From Gemmatimonadales bacterium (GTDB lineage Bacteria; Gemmatimonadota; Gemmatimonadetes; Gemmatimonadales; GWC2-71-9), in assembly GCA_037189525.1 (NCBI GenBank), contig JBBCJC010000003.1, positions 657,314 to 721,313 on the forward strand: DNA of 64,000 nucleotides. The letters are read 5' to 3'. Below are positions 15,321 to 23,672 of the stretch, piece after piece. The notes beneath the pieces were generated by a model. It ran no database searches. It was not told the origin of the DNA and saw nothing but the letters and a program-made list of their open reading frames with translations. The translations under genes were made by a program, and so were the position numbers. The number at the start of each line of letters is the position of its first letter. Within the stretch, counting starts at the first letter, position 1.

Positions 15321-16729
15321 CGTCCCACCCCCGGAGCCGTCTGCCCCAAGTTGAAGTCGGTCTGGTACTGACGGTTCTTGTCGGAGCGGTCGAACACGAG
15401 CCAGCCCTCGTTCCAGACTTTCTCCGCCTTGGAGTAGACGGAGAACGGATCGCCGGACCAGAGCACCACGTCGGCCAGCTTGCCGGGCTCGAGCGTGCCG
15501 GTTTCCCGGTCGATGCCGAGCACCCAGGCTGGGTTGGCGGTGATCCAGCGGATCGCCTGGTCACGGGTGATCGGAATGCCCGCGCGAATTCCGGCATACA
15601 TCGCCTTGGCTGCATCCTGATTCATCCGCTGGATGCCGTCCGGGCTGTCGGTGTGGAGCACGGAACGGACGCCGGCCTTGGTGAGCAGCGCCAGGTTCTC
15701 CAGGATCCGGTCGAACGCTTCCATCTTGAAGCCACCCCAGTCATACCAGACCGAGGCCGCAGTGCCGGCCGACGCAAGCAGATCGGCCACCTTGTACGCT
15801 TCGACGCCGTGGTGGATCGAGCGAATCGTGAATCCGAATTCGCGAGCCACGTCGAGCATCTGGGCAATTTCGTCGCCGCGGTAGCAGTGGTTCTGGACCC
15901 CGATCTCGCCGCGCAGCACGCCGGCCAGCGTTTCGAGCTTGAGATCGCGTGCGGGTGGATCGCCCTTCCGGTCCTTGAGCCACTTGTCCCAACGCTGCCG
16001 ATACTGCTCGGCCTGAATGAACGCCGCCCGGTATCCCGCGACGTTGCCCATCCGGGTCGACGGTCCGCGCGAGGCGTAGACCCGCTTCGGGTTTTCACCG
16101 CAGGCCATCTTCAGCCCGTACGGCGCGCCGGGATATTTCATTTCCTGCACCGTGCGCGCCGGGACGAAGCGGACGGTCACCGAACGGCCGCCGATCAGGT
16201 TGGCCGAGCCGGGCAGGATCTGCGCGACGGTCACGCCGCCGGCAACGGCCAGCGGGATCTGCGGATCGTGCGGCCAGAAGGAATGCTCCGCCCAAACTTC
16301 CGCCGTGTTCGGGTTGGTCATCTCGTTCCCGTCGCTCTCCGCGGCGGTTCCGGGGGCGGCATAGACACCGATGTGGCTGTGGGTGTCGATGATGCCGGGC
16401 GTCACGAACTTGCCCTGCGCGTCGATCACCTGGGCGCCGGCCGGTACGGTACCGACGTTGCCCACGGCGACGATCTTCCCATCCTGGAAGAGAATCGATG
16501 CGTTGGTGAGTTCCTGGCCCGTCGCGGTCATGATCGTGGCGTTCCGGATCACCACGGCCGCGTTCGGACGCCGCTGGTAGGTCGAGGGATACTGGCTTCG
16601 GTCGAAGCTCAGCGTATCGCGGAACGTCTCCGCGCTCGGCGGGCTCGTCGAGGCTTGAGCCACGGCCTCGTGCGCGCCAAGGGCGAGCACCAGCGCCGGC
16701 GCAACGAGATATGGTTTCACACCCATCAT
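15317..16729 (-). CDS. amidohydrolase family metallo-hydrolase with signal peptide
   Basis: PGIIDTHSHIG (HxH motif), with later His/Asp-containing segments (SIHHGVEAY, VLHTDSPDG). Signal MMGVKPYLVAPALVLALGAHEAVAQA. Confidence 0.8.
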   Translation of the reverse strand: MMGVKPYLVAPALVLALGAHEAVAQASTSPPSAETFRDTLSFDRSQYPSTYQRRPNAAVVIRNATIMTATGQELTNASILFQDGKIVAVGNVGTVPAGAQVIDAQGKFVTPGIIDTHSHIGVYAAPGTAAESDGNEMTNPNTAEVWAEHSFWPHDPQIPLAVAGGVTVAQILPGSANLIGGRSVTVRFVPARTVQEMKYPGAPYGLKMACGENPKRVYASRGPSTRMGNVAGYRAAFIQAEQYRQRWDKWLKDRKGDPPARDLKLETLAGVLRGEIGVQNHCYRGDEIAQMLDVAREFGFTIRSIHHGVEAYKVADLLASAGTAASVWYDWGGFKMEAFDRILENLALLTKAGVRSVLHTDSPDGIQRMNQDAAKAMYAGIRAGIPITRDQAIRWITANPAWVLGIDRETGTLEPGKLADVVLWSGDPFSVYSKAEKVWNEGWLVFDRSDKNRQYQTDFNLGQTAPGVGR

Positions 16730-16816
16730 CCTCCTCTTTCTTCTCAGTCCCTGTGTTGGAATGATCGAGCCGTTCGCTCCGGTGGTGCGGGGGCGGCTCC
16801 TGCGGACGTACTGGTC

Positions 16817-17512
16817 CTACTCGACCCGCACGATTTCGACGGGGGTTCCCGCAATGGCGATCTTGAGCAGCTGAAATGGAGCCTGCCGAGACACCCAGAA
16901 GTTGGCCGTTTGCGGTCCGCCGGTCAGATCGACCCGGAACGCCTCGACGCTCTTGCCGGAGGTGAGCGTGACCGACTCGGCACCGGTCACCTGCAAGGTT
17001 CGGATCGCCGTTTCGTTCTGCCCGCCGCTGAAGACCCGGAAGGTCCAGCGACTGTCCGCCGTCCAGGGCAGGGCGGGGACCAGCCCCTGGATGGCGTTGT
17101 CATCGACGACCGGGTCTGTCAACGTCGTGTCGATCGTGAGGCTGACCGGCCCGCTGGGACCCACGGTGTTGGCGCGACCTTTGACGCTCGACCCGTGGTA
17201 GTCGAGCTCGATCACGGTCGCCTCGCCCTGGACCTTGCCGGCCTGGCGGACCTGCACCATGGCTCCCTGGCGATCCAGGTCGACCGTGGTCTCCTGTTCG
17301 AGCAGGCCCTCGATCTGGCTCCGTTCGCGGAGGCGAAAGCCGTTGGCGGTCGTCTCGACTGACGTCACGAGGGCTCCCAGGGGGATACCATTGGCCCGGA
17401 TGGCAAAGCTGTCCCGCGATGGAGCAAGCTGAGCGACACGGACGGGAAGAGTCTGAGCTGCCGCGACGCTGCCGATCGGGGCAGCGAGCGCCAGCGCAAC
17501 GACGATACGCAT
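16817..17512 (-). CDS. hypothetical secreted protein
   Basis: Signal MRIVVALALAAPIGSVAAAQ followed by beta-rich sequence. No family confidently recognised. Confidence 0.55.
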   Translation of the reverse strand: MRIVVALALAAPIGSVAAAQTLPVRVAQLAPSRDSFAIRANGIPLGALVTSVETTANGFRLRERSQIEGLLEQETTVDLDRQGAMVQVRQAGKVQGEATVIELDYHGSSVKGRANTVGPSGPVSLTIDTTLTDPVVDDNAIQGLVPALPWTADSRWTFRVFSGGQNETAIRTLQVTGAESVTLTSGKSVEAFRVDLTGGPQTANFWVSRQAPFQLLKIAIAGTPVEIVRVE

Positions 17513-17750
17513 CCTGAGGAGACCTCGATGGTGGTCCGAAGGCGGTTCAATCTAGCCACTCGCGCTGGAAATCGCTGCGGACCGGGCAGGCGCGTGAGAG
17601 AGGACATCCCGGCGCGAATGGTTCAGGTGCCATCCGTGGTGGATGAAAATAGTTCGTCAAATATCCTAGTCATTGACAACAGATCACCTTGTATGACAGA
17701 CGCTAAATAACTGTGTTGCAATTGATTATGTCTCAGGCCTTTCCAGGCTT

Positions 17751-17774
17751 AACAATCGCTTTCCAGATCCGTCT
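17751..17774 (+). promoter_or_regulatory. candidate ECF-type promoter (AAC-N16-CGTC) abutting the sigma factor start
   Basis: ggcttAAC (aac at 17751-17753), 16 nt, then CGTCt (17770-17774). The start codons GTG 17781 and ATG 17787 follow within 7-13 nt. Confidence 0.3.
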
Positions 17775-17780
17775 TTCCTG

Positions 17781-18320
17781 GTGCGAATGATGACGGCAAC
17801 GACCGATGACGACCTGATCCGCGAGTTTCTGGCGGGTAGTGAGGCTGCCGCGACGCAGCTGGTGGTTCGTCACACATCGTCTCTGGGTCGTTATCTGGCC
17901 GCGGTGGGGGCCGATCCCGGTGAGATCGAGGATCTGGTCCAGGAGGCCTTCTTCCGGGCCTTCCGATCGCTCGGCGGCTGGAAAGGGCACGGATCGTTTC
18001 GGGCCTGGTTGTTTCGGATCGGGGTCAATCTGGCCCGGGATCGCGCCCGAGCCCATCGCGGGCTCACGCTGGTGCCGATCGAGGAAGAAGAGATTGTGGC
18101 CGGGGCAGATCCGGAGGGCGAGATGGGGGTGCAGGACATGGTGGGACGGATCGAGAGCGTATTGGCGGAGCTGCCGAGGTTGCAGCGGGAAGTCTTTCTG
18201 CTCAGGGCGCAGCAGGCGCTCGGATACGAGGAGATCGCGGTGGCGCTCGAAACGACGCCTGGCGCGGCCCGGGTCCACTATCACCACGCGGTGCGACGAT
18301 TGAAGGAGGCGGTACGCTGA
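17781..18320 (+). CDS. ECF (sigma-70 family, group 4) RNA polymerase sigma factor
   Basis: Region 2: EDLVQEAFFRAFRSL...FRAWLFRIGVNLARD. Region 4: REVFLLRAQQALGYEEIAVALETTPGAARVHYHHAVRRLK. The start is GTG 17781 or ATG 17787. Confidence 0.9.
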   Translation: MRMMTATTDDDLIREFLAGSEAAATQLVVRHTSSLGRYLAAVGADPGEIEDLVQEAFFRAFRSLGGWKGHGSFRAWLFRIGVNLARDRARAHRGLTLVPIEEEEIVAGADPEGEMGVQDMVGRIESVLAELPRLQREVFLLRAQQALGYEEIAVALETTPGAARVHYHHAVRRLKEAVR

Positions 18321-18850
18321 TGCGCTGCGAGGAATTGTCGGAACGGATGCCGCTCGTGGCGGCCGGCGCGGAATGGACATCGGCTGAATCGGCTCACTTG
18401 GCGGGATGTTCCGCATGTGCTGAGGAATGGTTGGTGGTGCAGGCAGGCCGGCGTTTGGGCGACCGCGCTCCCCGGCTCGATGCGAATGTGGTTGCGGCGG
18501 GCGTCTTGGCCCGGCTTCGAACGGAGCCGTCTCCACGACCAGCCCCCGCAGGAACACGGACCGGGCGATTCCGTTCTCGCTCAGCCCGCTGGATTGGGGG
18601 AGGATTGGCCGCCGCGGCGGCCCTGGTGCTGGCCATCGGTCTTGGCCGGGACAAGGGAACGGGAAACAGAGAGGGTCCCGTGCCGCAGACGGAGATGACG
18701 TTGACCGAGTTGGAAGGGCTTACCAGTGCCGAGCTCGAGGAAATCATGGCACAGCTGGAGATCGACGATATCGGGAGTACGGCGGAACCCGGATTGGCCG
18801 ATCTCACCACCGAAGAACTGGAGCGCTTGCTGCGCTCCTGGGAAGGATGA
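18320..18850 (+). CDS. anti-sigma factor (zf-HC2 type), single-pass membrane protein
   Basis: ATGA overlap with the sigma stop. HLAGCSAC is the H-x3-C-x2-C motif. TM segment WIGGGLAAAAALVLAIGL. Short acidic C-terminal domain. Confidence 0.8.
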   Translation: MRCEELSERMPLVAAGAEWTSAESAHLAGCSACAEEWLVVQAGRRLGDRAPRLDANVVAAGVLARLRTEPSPRPAPAGTRTGRFRSRSARWIGGGLAAAAALVLAIGLGRDKGTGNREGPVPQTEMTLTELEGLTSAELEEIMAQLEIDDIGSTAEPGLADLTTEELERLLRSWEG

Positions 18851-19375
18851 ATGAAGATGCGAACCATGAATTGGTTGGTCCTGGCGGGGACGTTGGTCGC
18901 GGCGCCGATGGTGGCGCAGGAGCGCCCGAACCGTCCGAACCGCCCCGATCCCGAGCGGGTCGAGCGCGCGCGGCAGATGATCGAGACCCGGTTTCTCCGC
19001 CGGCTGAGCACCGAACTGCAGCTCGACTCGACGCAGACGGGCAAAGTACGCGAAATCCTGGCTGCCTCCGCGACCAAGCGGCGCACGCTGATGCAGGAAG
19101 GCCGGCAAACACGCATCGAACTGCAGCAACAGATGCAGCCGGGCGTCGCGGCCGATGGGTCCACGGTCAATCGTCTGATCGATAACCTGGTCCGGAATCG
19201 CACGGCGCAGGCGCAGTCGTTCGAGGAAGAGCAGCAGGCGCTGGCCGGGGTTCTCTCGCCGGTACAGCGGGCGCGGTATCTGCTGCTGCGGGAGCGGCTG
19301 GTGCAGGGGGTTCGCGATGTTCGCGGCGCCCGCGGCGGGGCAGCGCCGCATCAGCGGATGCGCAATCGTCCCTGA
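18851..19375 (+). CDS. periplasmic LTXXQ-like (Spy/CpxP-like) protein
   Basis: It starts 1 nt after the anti-sigma stop. Signal MKMRTMNWLVLAGTLVAAPMVAQ. Helical, with LDSTQ and LSPVQ motifs resembling LTXXQ. Confidence 0.55.
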   Translation: MKMRTMNWLVLAGTLVAAPMVAQERPNRPNRPDPERVERARQMIETRFLRRLSTELQLDSTQTGKVREILAASATKRRTLMQEGRQTRIELQQQMQPGVAADGSTVNRLIDNLVRNRTAQAQSFEEEQQALAGVLSPVQRARYLLLRERLVQGVRDVRGARGGAAPHQRMRNRP

Positions 19376-19425
19376 ACGGGCCGCCCGGGTGTAGATTTCG
19401 CCTCTCACCAGAGGAGAGGTGAACG

Positions 19426-20754
19426 GTGCGAATCTTGACCCTGGCGGCATGTCTGGTCGGCGCAACTCCCGCGGTTGCGCCGGCGCAGAGCCCGGTGATC
19501 TATCGGGTGCCGATTACCGGTGTTATCGAGAACGGTCTGGCGCCTTACGTAGCGCGCGCGATCAAAACGGCCGAGGCAGCCAATGCCTCGGCCATCGTGC
19601 TCGACATCGACACACCGGGCGGCCGGGTCGATGCGGCGGAGCGAATCGTCGATGCCGTGCAGGGGGCATCGATCCCCGTTTATGCCTTTATCAATCCGCG
19701 AGCCTACAGCGCCGGCGCCATGATCGCCCTGGCTGCCAAGGGCATCTACATGCAGCCCACGGGCGTGGTGGGCGCGGCCACGCCCGTCGATGGCGAAGGC
19801 ACCAAAGCCTCCGAGAAAATGGTGAGCGCGATGCGCGCCGCCTTTCGAGCCTTGGCCGAAGCGCGCGGGGTCGATCCGCGCCTGGCGGAGGGCATGGTCG
19901 ACGAGACCATCGAGATTCCCGATGTCAAACCGGCCGGCGTGCTGCTCACCTTGACGGCGGGTGAAGCGCTCCGCCACGGATTTGCTCAGGATACGGCTCG
20001 CTCACTCCGGGATGTCGCGGCGGCCGTCGGCGCGGCGAATCCCGTGGTCGAGGAAGTGCCGATCAACTGGGCCGAGCGGGTGGTGCGCTTCTTGACCCAT
20101 CCTGTGGTCTCGCCGTTGCTCCTCTCGCTGGGCATGCTCGGTCTGATCTTCGAGATCAAAACGGGCGCTTTTGGTCTGGGCGGGGTCGTGAGCCTTGGCG
20201 CGCTCGGCTTGTTTTTCGGCTCGGGTGTCTTGCTGGGGTTGGCGGGTTGGGAAGAGGTCATTCTGCTGGTGCTGGGAATCGTAGCCATCGGGGTGGAGGT
20301 CTTCCTGCTACCCGGGTTCGGCGTGGCGGGGTTGCTGGGCTTGGGCCTGGTGGGCACCTCGATCGTCCTTGCGATGGTGAGCGGCGTTCCCACCGGCGGC
20401 GATCTGATCCAGGCCGGGGCGATTCTCGTGGCGGCGCTCGTGATTACCGTGGCGGTGGCCTTTGCCTGGATCCGCCATCTGCCTAACAGCCGCCGCTTCA
20501 GCAAGGCGCTGCTTGGTGAGGAGCTGCGGACGGAGACCGGATACATTGCGGCGCCGCCACGGCCGGATCTGATTGGGCGGACCGGGGTGGCGGTAACCGA
20601 TTTGCGACCGGCTGGGGTCGTCGCGATCGACGACGAGCGGATCGACGTCGTGACCGAAGGTGAGTTCGTCGCCGCTGGTACCATGGTGGCGGTCATCAGG
20701 GCCGAATCGTATCGCCACATCGTCCGCGCGGCGAACGATCGCGTAGCACCGTAG
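19426..20754 (+). CDS. NfeD family membrane-bound ClpP-class serine protease (YqeZ-like)
   Basis: GTG 19426 with SD gaggagagg. N-terminal ClpP-like domain (VLDIDTPGGRVDAAERIV...NPRAYSAGAMIALAA), multiple TM helices, and a C-terminal NfeD OB-fold (GRTGVAVTDLRPAGVVAIDDERIDVVTEGEF). Confidence 0.85.
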   Translation: MRILTLAACLVGATPAVAPAQSPVIYRVPITGVIENGLAPYVARAIKTAEAANASAIVLDIDTPGGRVDAAERIVDAVQGASIPVYAFINPRAYSAGAMIALAAKGIYMQPTGVVGAATPVDGEGTKASEKMVSAMRAAFRALAEARGVDPRLAEGMVDETIEIPDVKPAGVLLTLTAGEALRHGFAQDTARSLRDVAAAVGAANPVVEEVPINWAERVVRFLTHPVVSPLLLSLGMLGLIFEIKTGAFGLGGVVSLGALGLFFGSGVLLGLAGWEEVILLVLGIVAIGVEVFLLPGFGVAGLLGLGLVGTSIVLAMVSGVPTGGDLIQAGAILVAALVITVAVAFAWIRHLPNSRRFSKALLGEELRTETGYIAAPPRPDLIGRTGVAVTDLRPAGVVAIDDERIDVVTEGEFVAAGTMVAVIRAESYRHIVRAANDRVAP

Positions 20755-20812
20755 TACATGACCCGGCGGCCGGTGGCTGCCGGCGGATACTCGACTCGAG
20801 AGGGGGAAGCGC

Positions 20813-21817
20813 GTGGATCAGGACGCAGTGGGACTCGGATTGCTCGTAGCGATGATCGTCGGCGGCCTGGTGCTGCTGTCGATCTTCTTCCGTTTCGTTC
20901 CGATCGGGCTCTGGTTCCAGGCCTTGGTGTCGGGAGTGCGGGTCTCGTTCCTCCAACTCTTCTTCATGCGTTTCCGCCGGGTCGATCCCGCGTCGATCGT
21001 GAATCCGCTGGTCAATGCGCACAAAGCGGGCATGGCGCTGACTGCCGATCAGCTCGAGTCGCACTATCTCTCGGGCGGCAACGTGGCGCGGGTGGTCAAT
21101 GCGCTCATCTCGGCCGGTAAGGCCGGTATCCCGCTCGACTTCAAGCAGGCGACCGCGATCGACCTCGCCGGTCGGGATGTATTCGAGGCGGTGCAGGTCA
21201 GCGTCAACCCGAAGGTGATTACGACGCCGAAAGTCGCCGCCATGGCGAAGGACGGCATTCAGCTCCTGGCGCTGGCCCGGGTGACCGTACGCGCGAATAT
21301 CAACCGTCTGGTCGGCGGCGCGGGCGAAGAAACCATTCTGGCCCGTGTCGGCGAAGGTATCGTCAGCACGATCGGTTCGGCAGCCGGGCACAAGTCCGTG
21401 CTCGAGAATCCCGATATGATCTCGAAGACCGTGCTGGCCAAGGGACTCGACGCGGGAACCGCCTACGAGATTCTCTCGATCGATATCGCCGACGTTGACG
21501 TGGGCAAGAACATCGGGGCAGAGTTGCAGACCGATCAGGCCGAAGCCGACAAGCGGATTGCGCAGGCCAAGGCGGAAGAGCGCCGGGCGCTGGCGGTGGC
21601 CATGGAGCAGGAGTACAAGGCCGGGGTCCAGAAGGAGCGGGCCAAGCTGGTTGCTGCGGAGGCCGAGATTCCGCTGGCCATGGCGGAAGCGTTCCGGCGC
21701 GGCATGCTCGGTGTGATGGACTATCAGCGGATCAGGAACGTCGAGGCGGACACGCAGATGCGGAACGCCATTGCGGGGCAATCGGACAGCGGCACGTCCT
21801 CCGGACCGTTGGGCTAA
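20813..21817 (+). CDS. floA: flotillin-like protein FloA (SPFH family, YqfA-type)
   Basis: Near-colinear resemblance to my recollection of B. subtilis FloA: [110 protein letters not shown]. Confidence 0.9.
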   Translation: MDQDAVGLGLLVAMIVGGLVLLSIFFRFVPIGLWFQALVSGVRVSFLQLFFMRFRRVDPASIVNPLVNAHKAGMALTADQLESHYLSGGNVARVVNALISAGKAGIPLDFKQATAIDLAGRDVFEAVQVSVNPKVITTPKVAAMAKDGIQLLALARVTVRANINRLVGGAGEETILARVGEGIVSTIGSAAGHKSVLENPDMISKTVLAKGLDAGTAYEILSIDIADVDVGKNIGAELQTDQAEADKRIAQAKAEERRALAVAMEQEYKAGVQKERAKLVAAEAEIPLAMAEAFRRGMLGVMDYQRIRNVEADTQMRNAIAGQSDSGTSSGPLG

Positions 21818-22398
21818 TGGAGTTAATCTTTCTCCTGGTTCTGTTTGCGATCGGCAATCTGCTCAAAGCGAACGCCGAGAAGAAGCAGCGCGAGCAGGCC
21901 GAGCGGGAACTCGAACTCGGGGAGCACACCCCCGATCGCGACGATCTGATGGAAGAGATTCGTCGCGCCATGGAAGGGATGCGGCAGCAGCGGCAGCCCG
22001 AGGCTGCTGCTCCGCCGTACTCGAGAACGGGCGGCGCGCAGCTATCGACGATCGATCGCGACGACGACGGCTTCGATGAGGAGGACGAGACGCTCGAAGA
22101 GGTTCCGGTGGTGCGGAGCCTCGAGGACGAGGTGCGCCGCCCCGAACGGGAGCGTGTCGATTACGATGCGGAGTCGAAAGCAGCGGTCCAGCGACGGATC
22201 GAATGGGCCGAGGTTCGGGCGCGAGCGCATCGTCCGGAAGATCATCGCGCCTTCGATCGGCGGATTCGGGCGGAACCCGAGGCTCCCGGACCCGCCGAGG
22301 AGCACGCATCGGTCCGTAGACCCGATCTGCGGCAACTGGTTGTCTGGCAGGAAATTCTCGGAAAGCCCGTCGCGCTCCGCGAGCGGGATGATAGATAG
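21817..22398 (+). CDS. hypothetical N-terminally anchored, highly charged protein (in the yqfB position)
   Basis: ATG 21817 shares one base with the floA stop. [18 protein letters not shown] segment followed by an E/R/D-rich sequence. Confidence 0.55.
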   Translation: MELIFLLVLFAIGNLLKANAEKKQREQAERELELGEHTPDRDDLMEEIRRAMEGMRQQRQPEAAAPPYSRTGGAQLSTIDRDDDGFDEEDETLEEVPVVRSLEDEVRRPERERVDYDAESKAAVQRRIEWAEVRARAHRPEDHRAFDRRIRAEPEAPGPAEEHASVRRPDLRQLVVWQEILGKPVALRERDDR

Positions 22399-22407
22399 GC
22401 GTCCCGA

Positions 22408-23280
22408 TCAGGTTCCACGAACCCAGAGCAGTATGACGCCGCACGCGGCTCCCGGGATCTCGGGTGGGACGTTCGATCCCGGTCTCGGGTCGGGGGCGGG
22501 CGGAGTCGTTACCGTGTAGCGGACCGGCGTTTCCGACCCGCGGCGGTATACCTCGACGGCGTCGAGACTGCTGACCTGATACCTGTTGAGGTCAGGATCC
22601 TGGGTGCGAATATCGTTGACGTAGAGGGTCATCGTACATTTGGACGACGGGTTGGCTATCGTCGGAGTTCGATTGCCGATCGCGAACGCTTTGTTGCCGA
22701 CCGGTTCGACGAGCACCTCGACGCCGAGTTGTCTGACGAGATCGGCCAACTGGCGATGTTCGTTGTCGCGAAGGTCTTCAGGTAACAGAAATCGCCCGAA
22801 TCCGGTTCGCTTGCGCTCCTCGATCTCCGTGAGCACCCGGGACCGCTTCGGGGCTCGAACATAGATCGGTTCGAGCTCCGGTATCCAGGCGTTCAGGCTC
22901 AGATCGATGTCCAGGCTATCCGAGCTCTCGATCTTGAGCGTGGCGACCGCGCCTTCGAAGCCGACCCGCCGGACCCGCAACTGATGCGAACCAATCGGAA
23001 TCCCGGCGATGCGAAAGTCGCCCGAATCGTTGGTCCATTCCCGAAGCTTCAGGTTCTCGATCAGGACTTCGACCATTGCCAGCGGCGCTTGCGATTGGGC
23101 CGCCCTGATCCGGCCTTTGAGCACAGCCTGCGCGGCGAGATCCTGGCCGGCCAGCGCAAGGAAGGCCAGGAGCACAACCGCGCAGCGGCTACGAATGCTC
23201 GTAGTGCGAGTGGGAATGCCCGATGCTGATATCGGCAGAATGTCAGATGACTGCATCGTTGTACTCCCACCAGTCCGCAA
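22408..23280 (-). CDS. CarboxypepD_reg-like domain protein with plug-like C-terminus (secreted)
   Basis: VLKGRIRAAQSQAPLAMVEVLIENLKLREWTNDSGDFRIAGIPIGSHQLRVRRVGF (carboxypeptidase regulatory-like fold). C-terminus LDAVEVYRRGSETPVRY...CGVILLWVRGT. The gene is visibly lower in GC (two lines counted at 53%). The start may instead be ATG 23256. Confidence 0.7.
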   Translation of the reverse strand: MRTGGSTTMQSSDILPISASGIPTRTTSIRSRCAVVLLAFLALAGQDLAAQAVLKGRIRAAQSQAPLAMVEVLIENLKLREWTNDSGDFRIAGIPIGSHQLRVRRVGFEGAVATLKIESSDSLDIDLSLNAWIPELEPIYVRAPKRSRVLTEIEERKRTGFGRFLLPEDLRDNEHRQLADLVRQLGVEVLVEPVGNKAFAIGNRTPTIANPSSKCTMTLYVNDIRTQDPDLNRYQVSSLDAVEVYRRGSETPVRYTVTTPPAPDPRPGSNVPPEIPGAACGVILLWVRGT

Positions 23281-23336
23281 GCTAGGCGGATATCAGGGCC
23301 TCAATCATGTTCGCGCCGGATGGGCATTCTCGCATC

Positions 23337-23519
23337 CTATCCCGACCGGGACCACAGCAGAATGATTCCGCATGACGCACCAGTTCCGACGTACTGGATC
23401 GGGGCTTCTGTTGCGCTGCGATAGACCTCGACCGCCTCGAGCTGGCTGAGAGGGAACATCCCGAGGTTATTGGTGTGTACCGGCATTCCGTTGATCAGTA
23501 TTCGGAGGTCGCATTTCAT
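23337..23519 (-). pseudogene. 60-aa ORF paralogous to the C-terminus of the adjacent CarboxypepD_reg/plug-like protein (truncated copy or mini-protein)
   Basis: MKCDLRILINGMPVHTNNLGMFPLSQLEAVEVYRSATEAPIQYVGTGASCGIILLWSRSG aligns with KCTMTLYVNDIRTQDPDLNRYQVSSLDAVEVYRRGSETPVRY...AACGVILLWVRGT of the neighbour. No upstream regulatory domain is present. Confidence 0.4.
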
Positions 23520-23672
23520 ACTTCTGCCGGCCGCAGCAGGGCCGCTGCTTCGCCCGCCGCACTGCGATCGTCCTTTCAATGGCAGTATCCCTACAGAGGA
23601 ACCGGCGCACTCGAAGACGTTCGCGCCAGGCTGTCGGCAGATAGGCAAATGACCGCCAGGTCCGAAGGCCGT

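Noticed and set aside
19373-19425. An ECF-type promoter in front of nfeD, using the TGAAC at 19373-19377.
   Set aside because: No CGTC/CGTA-like -10 element lies 16-17 nt downstream of the AAC, so the match is limited to the -35-like pentamer, which is also part of the upstream stop codon context.
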